Numbered from the stretch's first letter, positions 38,353 to 48,856 are shown. The stretch: DNA of 64,000 nucleotides from Deltaproteobacteria bacterium (GCA_040218735.1 JAVJQW010000018.1:96001-160000), one strand, 5' to 3'. Notes: a model not told the origin generated them from the sequence alone. Program-made: numbers and translations.

Positions 38353-40950
38353 TCAGCGGGCGCCATGGCACTTCTTGAATTTCTTGCCGCTCCCGCAGGG
38401 GCACGGATCGTTGCGCCCGACCCCGCGGAAGTCGGGCGCGGCGCCCTCGGGGGCCGCCGGCGCGTCGTTGGCCGGGCGCTGCTGCTGTTGCCGCGCGGCC
38501 ATCTGCGCTTCGTACATCGCCTTCATCTCCGACAGCTTCTCGTCGCGACGGCGACGCGCCGCGGTGAGGTCGACGGTGAAGTCCTCGGGGAGCTTCGCGC
38601 CGAAGGTCTCGAGCTCGACGACGTAGTCCTCGAGGTGCTGGACCATCGCAGCGCGATCGTCGGTGTCGTACAGGCGCACGTCCTCACCGGCGGCGTCGAG
38701 GTGCGCGAGCGCCTGGGTCGCCCACTTCGCGGCTTCGTCGTGCTCGCCGGAGCGGAAGCGGAGCGTCGCGCGCATCGCCATCGCTTCGACCGACGTCGCG
38801 TCCGTCGCGAGGACCGCGTCGAGGTCTTCGTCGACGTTCGGGCGCTCCAGCAGCAGGAGCAGCCGCGCGCGATGCAGGCGCGGTCGAATGCCGTCGGGCG
38901 ACGCTGCGATGTCCCCCTCCAACGTTCGGAGCGCCTCCGACAGGCCCATCTTCTTGGCGCCGACGCTCGTCTGCGCCGGCGTCACGAGCGGATCGAAGTC
39001 CACGTTCCCGCGCTGCGCCGCCTGGAGGAACTGCATCATGTGCTGCGTGAGGATTTGACCGCCCTCGGGGGTGGGCTTGAGTTTGTCCGCCGCGCCGCAC
39101 GCCTTGCAGCGCGGGTCACCGACGAACGCCGGATCGCCGAGGTCGTCCTTCGCGTCCACGTCGAGGTAGACGCGCTTGTACGTGTACCAGAGCGTCTCCT
39201 TGCAGCGCTCACACTCCAGCGGCAAGCGTACTTGCGGTGCCTCGCGCTCCTCCGGCTCGCGCGCGGCCATCGTGCGATCGATCGCGGCCTTCAGCTTGTC
39301 GTCCATCTCGGCGCCCGTCGCGAGCGCGAGCACCGCCCACGCGACCTCTTCCGGCTCATCCGCGAACGCGCGGCTCGCGAGCACCGGGAGGAGGCGCGGA
39401 TCACCGACGCGCAGGAGCGTCCGCGACAAAGCGCTGCGCCCGTGCGGCCGCAGGTCGAGGAAGCGGCGCCCACACACCAGACCGATGCGCTCGGTGCGGA
39501 GCTCCTCGGCGCAGGCGAGGGCGAGCGTGGTGGCGCGTTCGTCGAGGGGGATGCGCCCGAGCACCTCGAGCACCGCGGCCTCGCCCTTGTCGCGCGCCTT
39601 CGATACGGCGCGCACGACGGCGGCGTGCACGGAGGGTTCGTCGACCTCGGCTGCCGCGTCGACGAGCGCCTCGCCGTGACCGCCGTGCAGGACGGCGGCG
39701 AGGAGGCGCTCGATCGTGCGACCGCGCAGGAAGGTCTCGCGGACGATCACCGACAACACCCGACGCATGTCGCGCGGCGCGGTCTGTTCGAAGAGCTTCG
39801 TCAGCGCGGCCTCGTCCATCGCGGCGAGGGCCGCGGCGTCGTGTTCACCGCCGAGGGTCTTCGCGAGCGCGATCATGCCGGCGCTCTTGGATTCGTCGCC
39901 GCCGCCCGCGATGACGATGGACGCCGCCTTGGTGGCGGCCGCGACGAAGAGGCCCGCGGCGTCGAGCTCGAGACCACCGATCAGATCGGCGCGCTCCACG
40001 AGCGCCGCGACGAGGCCGCGACGACGGCGCGGCATCGAGCCCAGCTCGTGCGCTTCGTCCGAGGTGTCCTCCACCGGCGGGTCGACCTCGAGGATCGGCG
40101 CGAGCGCGTGCAGGATGGCGCCCGCGTTCTTCACCTTCATCGCTTCGGTCAGCGCGGTCGCCTGCTCGCCTTCGAGGAGCGGGACGACGTCGGCTTCGAG
40201 CGTCTCGCGCGCCATGTCGAGCAGCTCGAGCCCGGCCTCCTTGCGCGAGTAGGGGATCGGGACGCCCGTCACGACACACAGCGCGGCGCGCGTCGGGAAC
40301 GACGCGTTCTCCGGCTCGTCCTCCTTGGAGTCACCGATCGCGTTGCCGATGACCCGCCCCGCGAGGCCCTGGTTGCCGGAGAGGAGCGCTGCCCCGTAGA
40401 GCGCGCCGCGGCGATCGGGCGACAGCGCGCCGGCGCGGTTGAGCGCCTTGTCGAGGAACGCGACGACCTCGTCCGAGCCGATGATCGCGAGCGCGGTCGC
40501 GGTGGCCGCGTACGCTTCGCCGTCGAGGCGGCCGCGTGCGCGCACCGCTTCGAGGAGTGTGTCTGGGGCGAGGTGCCCGAGCGCGCTCGCGAGCTGCGCG
40601 GCGAGGTCGCCGGTGGCTTCCTCGAAGCGCTTCTTCATCGCATCGACGGCGCCCTTGGCGTTCTTGCGTTCGAGGAGCCCGATCGCTTCCATCGCGACGA
40701 GCGGATCCTCGTCGGCGACCTTGGCGATCGCCGCTTCGACGAGGTCGTCGTCGCCGCGCACGCCGATCTGCTCGATCGCAAACGTGCGCACGATCGGGTT
40801 GTCGTGATCGAGGAGCTCGCGGATGCGGTCGGCTTCGAGGACGAAGCGGTTCTCGGGGGCCCCGTTGGGGTGCGGGAGGTCGGCGTCGGGCTCGGGCAGC
40901 ACGTTCGCCGCGGCTTCGTCGTTGTTCGCTCCGATGATGTGGATCGCCAC
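38353..40950 (-). CDS. HEAT/TPR-like helical protein with CxxC pairs and C-terminal SEC-C motif
   Basis: GRNDPCPCGSGKKFKKCH at the C-terminus, CERC...CKAC, HEAT-like N-terminal repeats. Confidence 0.85.
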   Translation of the reverse strand: MAIHIIGANNDEAAANVLPEPDADLPHPNGAPENRFVLEADRIRELLDHDNPIVRTFAIEQIGVRGDDDLVEAAIAKVADEDPLVAMEAIGLLERKNAKGAVDAMKKRFEEATGDLAAQLASALGHLAPDTLLEAVRARGRLDGEAYAATATALAIIGSDEVVAFLDKALNRAGALSPDRRGALYGAALLSGNQGLAGRVIGNAIGDSKEDEPENASFPTRAALCVVTGVPIPYSRKEAGLELLDMARETLEADVVPLLEGEQATALTEAMKVKNAGAILHALAPILEVDPPVEDTSDEAHELGSMPRRRRGLVAALVERADLIGGLELDAAGLFVAAATKAASIVIAGGGDESKSAGMIALAKTLGGEHDAAALAAMDEAALTKLFEQTAPRDMRRVLSVIVRETFLRGRTIERLLAAVLHGGHGEALVDAAAEVDEPSVHAAVVRAVSKARDKGEAAVLEVLGRIPLDERATTLALACAEELRTERIGLVCGRRFLDLRPHGRSALSRTLLRVGDPRLLPVLASRAFADEPEEVAWAVLALATGAEMDDKLKAAIDRTMAAREPEEREAPQVRLPLECERCKETLWYTYKRVYLDVDAKDDLGDPAFVGDPRCKACGAADKLKPTPEGGQILTQHMMQFLQAAQRGNVDFDPLVTPAQTSVGAKKMGLSEALRTLEGDIAASPDGIRPRLHRARLLLLLERPNVDEDLDAVLATDATSVEAMAMRATLRFRSGEHDEAAKWATQALAHLDAAGEDVRLYDTDDRAAMVQHLEDYVVELETFGAKLPEDFTVDLTAARRRRDEKLSEMKAMYEAQMAARQQQQRPANDAPAAPEGAAPDFRGVGRNDPCPCGSGKKFKKCHGAR

Positions 40951-40988
40951 GCGGGGGGCTTAGCCAACGCGTCGATGCGAGGCAAAGA

Positions 40989-42323
40989 CTATCGGAGGGC
41001 GCCGAGGATCTCGCGGGCGCGTTCCGTCTCGTCCGGATCCACGTAGACGCGCGTCAGGTGCACGGCGCCCGAGTACCGCCGGTAGAGCGGCGTGTACGCC
41101 TCGACCAGGAACGCGTGGCCCTCGTCCACGATGTACAGCTCGTGGTCCTTGGCGGGCATGGGGGGCTGGCTCCCCGTCGCGAAGTACTTCGACAGGCGGC
41201 CCTTCACCTGGTGCACGATCGAATCGATCCCCGCGGCGTCGAACGCGGCGGCCACGTCTGCGGCCGGAGGCAGGGGCGCCGCGACGTTCGGGCTCGCCTC
41301 GCCGACGACCTCGCGCGCTTCGAAGACCATGCGGAACGCGCGGCGCTCCACGATGCGGCGCGCCCACGGGTTCTTCGACGAACGGAGGAGGCCGTGCAGG
41401 AAGACGTCGTCACACGCGAGGTAGGCGTCGATGTCCGAGGGGAGGGCGAGCTCGCCGTCGCTCGTGTCGTGGTACTGCTCCAACATCACCTCGTAGCCGA
41501 TCGCGACGTGGTGAAAGTAGACCGACATGAACATGTGGTAGCGGCTCAGGAGGTAGTCCTCGAAGCCGAAGCTCGCGCGTGCGTTGAGGCCGAGCGACAC
41601 CGCGCCGTTCTGCTCGACGGGGAGCAGGTTCTCGAGCAGCCATTCGTGATCGTAGCGACCGTACGGGACCCCCGCGAAGTACGAGTCGCGGAGCAGGTAG
41701 TCCATGCGGTCGGCGTCGAGCTCACTCGACACGCACTGCCTGAGCGCGGGGAACCAGTCGACGCCGTTCACGACGAAGCGCCGACGGATCGCATCGTTCG
41801 GCGCGCGCCCCGCGACGAGCAGCGCGATGTCGGTGGGGTGCACGCCGTGCGGCGCCGCGTGGCGTTCGAGCAGCGCGGTCAGCGGTGAGTCGGTCACGAT
41901 CTTCAGCGTGTAGTCTTCGTGGTTCGCGATGCGTTCGCGTGGCCCGAAGAACCAGTCGCCGAGCCCGAGCGAGCCCGCGGGGGGCATGAAGCGCTCGGTG
42001 GTGTGGGAGAGCGGCGCGTGGCCGAGGTCGTGGAAGATCGCCGCGAGGCGCACCGTCTTCTCGAGGCGTCGGCGGTCGGCGTCGTCGAGCGCGTAGTCCT
42101 TCGACAGCACGTCGAACATGCGCGATGCGATGTGCATCGTGCCGAGCCCGTGGGCGTAGCGGGTGTGGGTCGCGCCGGGGAACGCGAGGTCCGCGAACCC
42201 GAGCTGTTTGATCATGCGCAGCCGCTGGAACGCGCGGTGGTCCACGAGCGCGATCTCGTCTCGGCTGAGCTGGATCGTCCCGTGGATCGGGTCGCGGATG
42301 CGGACGTTGGCCGGAGTGCTCAC
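40989..42323 (-). CDS. HD-domain phosphohydrolase (SAMHD1/dNTPase-like)
   Basis: RDPIHG, RLRMIKQLG, HTRYAH, HDLGHAPLSH, DADRMDYL. GTG start 42323. Confidence 0.9.
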   Translation of the reverse strand: MSTPANVRIRDPIHGTIQLSRDEIALVDHRAFQRLRMIKQLGFADLAFPGATHTRYAHGLGTMHIASRMFDVLSKDYALDDADRRRLEKTVRLAAIFHDLGHAPLSHTTERFMPPAGSLGLGDWFFGPRERIANHEDYTLKIVTDSPLTALLERHAAPHGVHPTDIALLVAGRAPNDAIRRRFVVNGVDWFPALRQCVSSELDADRMDYLLRDSYFAGVPYGRYDHEWLLENLLPVEQNGAVSLGLNARASFGFEDYLLSRYHMFMSVYFHHVAIGYEVMLEQYHDTSDGELALPSDIDAYLACDDVFLHGLLRSSKNPWARRIVERRAFRMVFEAREVVGEASPNVAAPLPPAADVAAAFDAAGIDSIVHQVKGRLSKYFATGSQPPMPAKDHELYIVDEGHAFLVEAYTPLYRRYSGAVHLTRVYVDPDETERAREILGALR

Positions 42324-43651
42324 TGCTTCTTTTCGGCGCCGAGCCCGAAGAACTCGAACACGAGCCCGTAGGCCGTGAGCGCGCCCGTCGCGTCGCGCGG
42401 CGGTCCGAGGACCCACCGCAACGTCTGCGTCACGCTCCCGTCCGTGCTCGGCACTGCGATCTCCGGGCGTTCGCCCACGCGGAGGCGTAGCGTGTTCGTC
42501 AGCAGGAGGCGATCGTCGAGCTCGGAAAAATCGATCGCCGCGAAGTCGCCGTTGAGTTTCTCGAGCCGGAGCGTCGCCGCCATGCTGCGGATGCCGCGGC
42601 GTTCGTAGGGCTCGACCTCGGCCTCGACGCGTTCGAGGTAGTCGAGGATCGCGTCGATCACCTGCGTGTACGGGTCCACGTAGACCACGGGTTGTTCGTA
42701 GACGTAGCGCTCGCGGTCCGAGACGGCGGCGAGGTACGTCGCGCGGTGGTAGCGCAGCGCGACGGTGATGCGGGTGGAGTCCACGAGCACCGCGACGGGT
42801 TTGTTCGTGCTCTTCGCGAGGCGTCGGTACAGCTCGCTGTCCTTCATGGCGCGCTCGAACGCGGCGAGGAGCTCGGGGCGGATCCCCTCGTTGATGAACT
42901 CGACGCCGAACTTCGCGGTCTTGTCGTTGCGGATGGCGCGCTCGATCCGCAGGCGTCGTTGGCAGCGCTTCCAGCGGCGCTCCGATTCGAGCTTGGAGCC
43001 GAGCCCGGTGATCGTCTGGGGCGTGCCGTCGTAGTAGCGCTCGTAGAGTTTCACGGCGTGGGCGCAGGCGTTGCGGTCCGCGAGTTTGTCGGCGGCGGTC
43101 ATCGGATCGAGGGGCGGCGCGGCGCCGGGGTCGGTCCAGACCTTCGAGACCTTGTCGACGAGGAGGTCCGCGAGGCGCTTGGCCTTGGGGCGCCCTTTTC
43201 GCTTCGAGGCGAGCTTGTTCAGCTTCGCCTCGCTGACCACGGACAGATCCGCGAGCGCGACGACGACGGCCTGCGCGCCGATGGGGCCGTCCTCGCGTTC
43301 GAACGGCTGAAAGCGCGTGATGAGCACGTCGTCGACGTCGGCCTCGACGAAGGTCATGTACAGCTCCGGCGGGATCGAACGGACCGGCCCGGGGAGGCGG
43401 TACAAGACGATCTTGGTTCGGTACACGGTCCGCAGACGCTTCGCCAGGCGGCGCTCGAGCTGCTCGAGGTAGGCGGCCGGCTCGTTGCCGCCCTCCCACT
43501 GGACGATCAGACCCAGGTTGCGGTTCGCGAGCTTGATGAAGGGGCGGTCGGGCCCGCGGCGGGGATCGTCTCGGGGCGGCGGCGCCGACTGGCACGCGGC
43601 GAGGGCCAACGCGAACAGCGGCGGCGCGAGGCGTCTCACAGGGATGCGCAT
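42320..43651 (-). CDS. hypothetical lipoprotein
   Basis: MRIPVRR...LALAAC lipobox. GTGA overlap with the HD gene. Confidence 0.7.
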   Translation of the reverse strand: MRIPVRRLAPPLFALALAACQSAPPPRDDPRRGPDRPFIKLANRNLGLIVQWEGGNEPAAYLEQLERRLAKRLRTVYRTKIVLYRLPGPVRSIPPELYMTFVEADVDDVLITRFQPFEREDGPIGAQAVVVALADLSVVSEAKLNKLASKRKGRPKAKRLADLLVDKVSKVWTDPGAAPPLDPMTAADKLADRNACAHAVKLYERYYDGTPQTITGLGSKLESERRWKRCQRRLRIERAIRNDKTAKFGVEFINEGIRPELLAAFERAMKDSELYRRLAKSTNKPVAVLVDSTRITVALRYHRATYLAAVSDRERYVYEQPVVYVDPYTQVIDAILDYLERVEAEVEPYERRGIRSMAATLRLEKLNGDFAAIDFSELDDRLLLTNTLRLRVGERPEIAVPSTDGSVTQTLRWVLGPPRDATGALTAYGLVFEFFGLGAEKKQ

Positions 43652-43843
43652 GGGGGGCCGTCGGCGGCGAAGTCGAGGATCGTCGAGGCACAAAAGTGTG
43701 TCAAACGGGCCTCAGGTAGCGGTTTTTTGGCCTTTTTGCCGGTTCGGGGCTACCCACACCCAGCCAGGATCCGATAGCTTGGCAAGTCTGCGGTCGAGCC
43801 TCGTAGGGAGGCCGGCGCTGCAGGGGGAAGGGGAGATGGCCGG

Positions 43844-44830
43844 ATGGCCTCAGCCAGGAAGCGAACCATCCTCGCGCACATTACGGACGCGCACGTCGCG
43901 CCGAATGGGCGGCCGACCGCCATACTCAAACATCGAAGCGAAGCGATCCTGAGCGACCTCGTGGATCAATGCCTCGAGCGCGGCGCGGACAGCGTCGTGT
44001 TCGGCGGCGACAACATCGACAACCGCGGTCACGGTACCGCCGACCTCGACGCCTTCGTACGTATCACCGAGCGCCTCCCGCACTGCTTGTGCATCGTCGG
44101 CAACCACGAGGCCGCCTCCTTCGAGCCCGGACGCATTACCAAACACGTCTTCGCGGAGCGCATGGCGGGACGGGGGATCGGCGCGGCGCGGTTCACGTTC
44201 TCCGAAGTGGTCGGCGACGTCCGCGTCATCGGGATCGACACGACCCTCCAGGGCACGCCGGGCGGCTACGTCGCGCCGGCGACGATGGCCTTCCTCGCGC
44301 GCGAGCTCGCGAACGCGGAGGAGAACCACATCGTCGTGGTCGGGCACCACCTGCTGCACCGCGCGTGGGAGCCGCACTTCCTCCAGTCCTGGGACCAGGA
44401 GTACCTCGTTGCGAACCGCGAAGAGGTCACCGCCTTGCTCGCGAGTCACCCGCGCGTGCGCGCGTACCTGTGCGGGCACCACCACGCGTCGCGCATCCAG
44501 CGGATCAAGAGCCGCGGGCACGCGGGCGGGTTCTATCACGTGCTCACGAGCTCCCCGACGGCGTACCCGCACTCGGCGCGCCTCCTCGCGTTCGAGGACG
44601 ACGGCATCCACGTGGCGCGGCTGATCCCGCGCATCGAGGGGCTCATCGACGAAGGCCGCGAGGCGGTGTTGCACGGTCGGAAGGCGCGTCGTTTCGCCAC
44701 GCTCGGTGCGCGCCGTTCGTTCCTGCAGTACGTCGAGGGTCGACAGAGCGACAACGACGTCATCCTCCCGTACGACGCCGCGCCGGTCTCCGAGCGCATC
44801 GGCGTCGCCGTCGAACGTCGCGCCGTTTGA
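43844..44830 (+). CDS. calcineurin-like metallophosphoesterase (CpdA-like)
   Basis: DAH, GD..D, GNHE, GHH, CGHHH motifs. Confidence 0.9.
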   Translation: MASARKRTILAHITDAHVAPNGRPTAILKHRSEAILSDLVDQCLERGADSVVFGGDNIDNRGHGTADLDAFVRITERLPHCLCIVGNHEAASFEPGRITKHVFAERMAGRGIGAARFTFSEVVGDVRVIGIDTTLQGTPGGYVAPATMAFLARELANAEENHIVVVGHHLLHRAWEPHFLQSWDQEYLVANREEVTALLASHPRVRAYLCGHHHASRIQRIKSRGHAGGFYHVLTSSPTAYPHSARLLAFEDDGIHVARLIPRIEGLIDEGREAVLHGRKARRFATLGARRSFLQYVEGRQSDNDVILPYDAAPVSERIGVAVERRAV

Positions 44831-45702
44831 GACGTCTCGCATCGTTGTGGCTGTGCCTCGCGAGCACGGGGTGCCTCGCTGCGCGCGCGCTCGCGCCGGA
44901 TCCGATGCCCGCGGGCGGGCGCGTGGTGCACGACCTCGCGTACCGCGAAGTGTCCTTCGCCGACGACGCGCGCCGCCTCGACGTCTTCGTCCCGCCTGGC
45001 GACGGCCCGCACCCGGTGGTGGTGTTCGTGCACGGCGGCTTCTGGGTGAGCGGCGGGCGCAAGGCAGCTTTCGGGGTCTACGAGCGGCTCGGGCACCGGC
45101 TCGCGCAGGCGGGGGTGTTGGGTGTGGTGATCTCGTATCGCCTCGCACCGGCGCATCGGCACCCGGCGCAGATCTCGGACGTCGCGGCGGCGATCGCGAC
45201 CGCGTTCGACAACGTGGTGCAGTACGGCGGGGATCCTCAGCGGGTGTTCGTGATGGGGCACTCCGCGGGGGCGCACCTGGCGCTGCTGGCGGCGTTGGAT
45301 CGTCGGTGGCTCGCGGCGGAGGGGGCCTCGCCGCGTCGGCTCGCGGGGGTGATCGGGTTGTCGGGGGTCTATGACCTACCGGACCTCGCGACGCGGGGCC
45401 GCGGGAAGGTGCGGGTGCCGCAGGTCTTCGGTTCGAGCACGGAGGTCTGGAAGCGCGCGTCACCCGTCACGCACGTCGCGAAGCGGACGCCGAGGATCCT
45501 GCTCGCGGACGGTGACGAGGACTATCTGGTGGTGCGCGAGGAGACGGCCTGGCTCCGGGAGGCGCTCGTGAAGGCGGGAGCGCCGGTCGAGTACTTCCGC
45601 GTGAACGAGCGCAATCACGAAGAGGTGATCGTGCGGTTCGGCGAGGACGAAGATCCGCTCGCGGCGCGGGTGTTGGCGTTCGTCAGTGGTTCGTCACGCT
45701 GA
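44827..45702 (+). CDS. alpha/beta hydrolase (esterase/lipase, HSL-like)
   Basis: FVHGGFW, SYRL, GHSAG, late D and H. TTG start overlaps the previous stop. Confidence 0.88.
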   Translation: MRRLASLWLCLASTGCLAARALAPDPMPAGGRVVHDLAYREVSFADDARRLDVFVPPGDGPHPVVVFVHGGFWVSGGRKAAFGVYERLGHRLAQAGVLGVVISYRLAPAHRHPAQISDVAAAIATAFDNVVQYGGDPQRVFVMGHSAGAHLALLAALDRRWLAAEGASPRRLAGVIGLSGVYDLPDLATRGRGKVRVPQVFGSSTEVWKRASPVTHVAKRTPRILLADGDEDYLVVREETAWLREALVKAGAPVEYFRVNERNHEEVIVRFGEDEDPLAARVLAFVSGSSR

Positions 45703-46243
45703 AGCTGAACGGGAAGCTCGCGTTGACCACCTCTTGGGTGATGCCTTCGTCGGTCTCTCCCGTGAACTCCGGGAAGCGCCAGGTGGGGACGCTGCTCATG
45801 AGGCACTTGCCGATCGTCGCGCGGCGGACGCGGCCGGGGCTGACGTCGACCTCCGCGACCCGGCCGGTCTTCTTCACGGCGAGGTCGAGGATCATATCGT
45901 CGGCCCACTCGGGATCTTCGTCGAGCTGCTTCTTGTAGCAGACGCGGAGGTCCTTCATGTGCTGGCCGACCACGGTCTGGATGTCACCGACGCTGATCAG
46001 CGGCGGCGTGTAGATGCCCATGCGATTGTTGGCGACGAGGACGGGACCGGAGGGGGCGTCGCCGGTGACGGGGACGACGTTCGGGTCTTCCTTCGGAGAC
46101 ATCGCGATCTGAAAGACCTTGGTGTCCTTCTTCTTCTTGAGCTGCGCCATGCGCTTCTCGAACGTCTTGTCGTCGTCGGCCGCGACCGCCGGCGAGGCGG
46201 CGGCGAACAACGCGACGAGGGCGAGAGCCAAGAGCGATCGCAT
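45683..46243 (-). CDS. exported protein with AgmX/PglI (TonB-C-like) domain
   Basis: Signal peptide. LRVCY...L...P...TGRV...KCL...WRFP...FPFSF. Confidence 0.75.
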   Translation of the reverse strand: MRSLLALALVALFAAASPAVAADDDKTFEKRMAQLKKKKDTKVFQIAMSPKEDPNVVPVTGDAPSGPVLVANNRMGIYTPPLISVGDIQTVVGQHMKDLRVCYKKQLDEDPEWADDMILDLAVKKTGRVAEVDVSPGRVRRATIGKCLMSSVPTWRFPEFTGETDEGITQEVVNASFPFSFSVTNH

Positions 46244-46332
46244 GGCGTCAGTCTAAGGTCGCCGGGCGGGGTCGGCAAAGGTGTGAAGCGCTTGCGCGCG
46301 GTCACCTGCGCGGAGGGCCCCGTGATCGCGGT

Positions 46333-47769
46333 ATGCTGGGAGAATCCGTGCGTATCGCGGCGTTCATCACGGCCCTTTGTCTCAGTGCGTCGACCGCCTA
46401 CGGACAGATCGGCGGGGACGAGGCGACGGCGCTCGCGGACGCGGAGCGCTCGAACCTCCCGCCGGATTCGATCGGCGGGGACCTGTCGCTGGGGAAGGTC
46501 GGGGAGGACTGGTTCCTGACGTTGGGGCTCGGTATCACGATCGAGCGGGACCTGTGGGGCTTCGGCGCGCGCGTGCCGCTGCGGTTCAGGATCTTCGATC
46601 GCGACCCGGACAACCCGAGCGACCCGGGCGGGCTGCGTCGGGAGGATTGGGATCAGCCGTCCGACTTCCTGCGTGTGTTGCGGTTCGTCTACGTCGGTCA
46701 GCGCGACAAGAAGGGGCCGTACTACGTGCGCGCCGGGCAGCTGTCGTCGCTGGGGATCGGCTACGGGACGATCATGCACCGCTACCACAACGGCCTCGAC
46801 GCGGCGCGCTTCCACGCGGGGATCAACGCGGCGGTGAACATCGACGCCTACGGAGGCGAAGCGATGATCGGCGATCTGCTGTCGCCGTATCTGTTCGGCG
46901 GGCGGTTCACGGTGAGGCCGCTGCAGGTCGCGTGGGGCGAGGGGTACTGGGATCGATTGGTCACCGGCTTCTCGTTGCTCACCGACGTGACCGCGCCGTT
47001 GCAGCTGACGTCGTCGATGGATCGGGTGGTGACGAACGAAGGCATCCCTTCGGTGGAGCGCGATCGTGCGTTGGTGATCTCGGGGTTGGACGTGGGCTTC
47101 GAGGTGGTGACGCTGCCGTTCCTGACGATCACGCCGTACACCGCGCTCAACAAGATGAGCGTCGTCGACCACGGGCTCGGCTGGCACGCGGGTGTGTTGT
47201 GGCGCGTCACGGTGCCGCTGGTGCTCGACACGTTCGAGGCGGACCTGCGCACCGAATACCAGCGCGTCTCGGGTGACTACCGCGGCCCGTACTTCAACAC
47301 GGTCTACGAGATCGAGCGCTACCAGGTGCTCGCATCGAACGGCGGCTCGCGCCGCACGAAGCTCGGCGTCCTGTGCGGCAACCTCGCCGACTGCTCGCAG
47401 GGCAACCCGGGCGCGAAGAACGGTGTCTTCCTGGACCTGCGCGCGGGCTTGCCGAACTGGATCTACGTCGGCGGCGAGTACCTCAACTACGACGGCGGCC
47501 GCGACGAGGGCACGCTGCGTTTGTCGCTGGAGGTGCCGGCGCTCGAGTTCGTGGAGTTCTCGGCGTTCTACTTCCGCATCAACATCACCGGCACGGACGA
47601 CCTGTTCGCGATCGACGACCGCTCCGCGATCGTCGCCCAGGCGACGGTCCCGATCGCGTGGGTCCTGAGCGCCCAGGCGCGCTGGTGGCGCGTGTGGCAG
47701 GCGACGGATGACGGGTATATGTCGGTGGATGATTGGAGCGTGGGCGTGGGCGTGAACCTGACGCTGTGA
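46333..47769 (+). CDS. hypothetical outer-membrane beta-barrel protein
   Basis: Signal peptide, amphipathic beta strands, terminal WSVGVGVNLTL. Confidence 0.7.
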   Translation: MLGESVRIAAFITALCLSASTAYGQIGGDEATALADAERSNLPPDSIGGDLSLGKVGEDWFLTLGLGITIERDLWGFGARVPLRFRIFDRDPDNPSDPGGLRREDWDQPSDFLRVLRFVYVGQRDKKGPYYVRAGQLSSLGIGYGTIMHRYHNGLDAARFHAGINAAVNIDAYGGEAMIGDLLSPYLFGGRFTVRPLQVAWGEGYWDRLVTGFSLLTDVTAPLQLTSSMDRVVTNEGIPSVERDRALVISGLDVGFEVVTLPFLTITPYTALNKMSVVDHGLGWHAGVLWRVTVPLVLDTFEADLRTEYQRVSGDYRGPYFNTVYEIERYQVLASNGGSRRTKLGVLCGNLADCSQGNPGAKNGVFLDLRAGLPNWIYVGGEYLNYDGGRDEGTLRLSLEVPALEFVEFSAFYFRINITGTDDLFAIDDRSAIVAQATVPIAWVLSAQARWWRVWQATDDGYMSVDDWSVGVGVNLTL

Positions 47770-47786
47770 GGGGGTAGGGAGCGGAG

Positions 47787-47900
47787 TCCGATTCCGTGTC
47801 CGCATCCGAATCCGTGTCCGAATCCGAGTCCGAGTCCGAATCCGAGTCCGAATCCGAGTCCGAATCCGAGTCCGAATCCGAGTCCGCATCCGAGTCCGAT
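47787..47900. repeat. intergenic hexamer tandem repeat (TCCGNN)x19
   Basis: Units tccgag/tccgaa/tccgtg/tccgca/tccgat, contiguous over 114 bp. Confidence 0.95.
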
Positions 47901-47983
47901 CCCCGCGTTCGACGATCCCCTCACCTGGCGCGGGTATTTCTCCGCACCGCCATCGCCACCCTCCGTGTTACCCACCACCCCCG

Positions 47984-48856
47984 ATGCCCCTGCGACACCT
48001 CCGGCGCGGCCCGCTGCTCATGGCGCTCGCCGCGCTCGCGTTCACGGTGATGGCGGGCGCCGTGAAGGTGGCGCGCTCCGAGATGTCGCCGTTCGAGGTG
48101 ATCACGTTTCGGTGCATCGTTTCGCTGCCGTTCTGCGCGCTGTACTGCGCCGTCGGCAGCGGGACGTTCGTCGTGCACGGCAAGCGCATGATCCTGTTGC
48201 GCTCGCTGCTCGGGTTCTTCGCGATGGTCGGGCTCGTTACGGCGACGAAGTCGCTGCCGCTCGCGGACCTCACGCTGATCACCAAGCTGCAGCCGTTGAT
48301 CGTCGCGCTCGGCGCGCCGCTGTTGATGGGGGCGACGGAGCGCGTCGGGCCGGTCGTCTGGGGCGGCCTCGTGCTCGGGCTCGCCGGGTGCGCCGTGTTG
48401 ATCGGGCCGCAGCTCGCCGCCGGGACGCCGTTCGGGCTCATCGCGCTCGGCGCGACGTGCCTCTCCGCGGGCGCGCACCTCGCGGTGCGGCGGATGGGGA
48501 AGTCCGAGTCGCCGCAGGCGATCGTGTTCTGGTTCCAGCTGACGCTCCTGCCGCTCGCGATCCTCGGGCAGCTCGCGTTCGACGGGACGCTCCCCCGTAT
48601 CCCGCCCGCGCACCTCGTGGGGCCCGTCGTGCTCGTGGGGATCGCCTCCACGTTCGGGCAGGTCCTGATGACCAACGCCTACCGCCACGACCGCGCCGCG
48701 GTGGTGGCCGCGGCCTCGTACAGCTCGCCGGTCTGGGCCGTCATCGCCGACGTCCTCGTGTTCGACCTCCTCCCCACCGCGCGCGTGTGGATCGGCGGCG
48801 CCCTGGTGATCCTCGCAGGGCTCCTCGTCGTCTATCGCCGCAACGCGGCGAACTGA
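47984..48856 (+). CDS. EamA/DMT family transporter
   Basis: About 10 TM segments, LLRSLLG, LPLAD, ERVG, GQVLMTNAYR. Confidence 0.9.
   Translation: MPLRHLRRGPLLMALAALAFTVMAGAVKVARSEMSPFEVITFRCIVSLPFCALYCAVGSGTFVVHGKRMILLRSLLGFFAMVGLVTATKSLPLADLTLITKLQPLIVALGAPLLMGATERVGPVVWGGLVLGLAGCAVLIGPQLAAGTPFGLIALGATCLSAGAHLAVRRMGKSESPQAIVFWFQLTLLPLAILGQLAFDGTLPRIPPAHLVGPVVLVGIASTFGQVLMTNAYRHDRAAVVAAASYSSPVWAVIADVLVFDLLPTARVWIGGALVILAGLLVVYRRNAAN

Noticed and set aside
38071-41046. 991-aa plus-strand ORF and similar long Arg-rich ORFs (e.g. 30816..33191, 56097..58154)
   Set aside because: Antisense or off-frame shadows expected in high-GC DNA. The motif-bearing genes occupy other frames.
40989-43691. 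Apparent 900-aa HD protein
   Set aside because: The upstream half overlaps the lipoprotein gene in another frame. The HD protein starts at GTG 42323.
47787-47900. CRISPR array or (ES)n coding ORF
   Set aside because: 6-bp period with no spacers and no cas genes. The ORFs across it are low-complexity artefacts.
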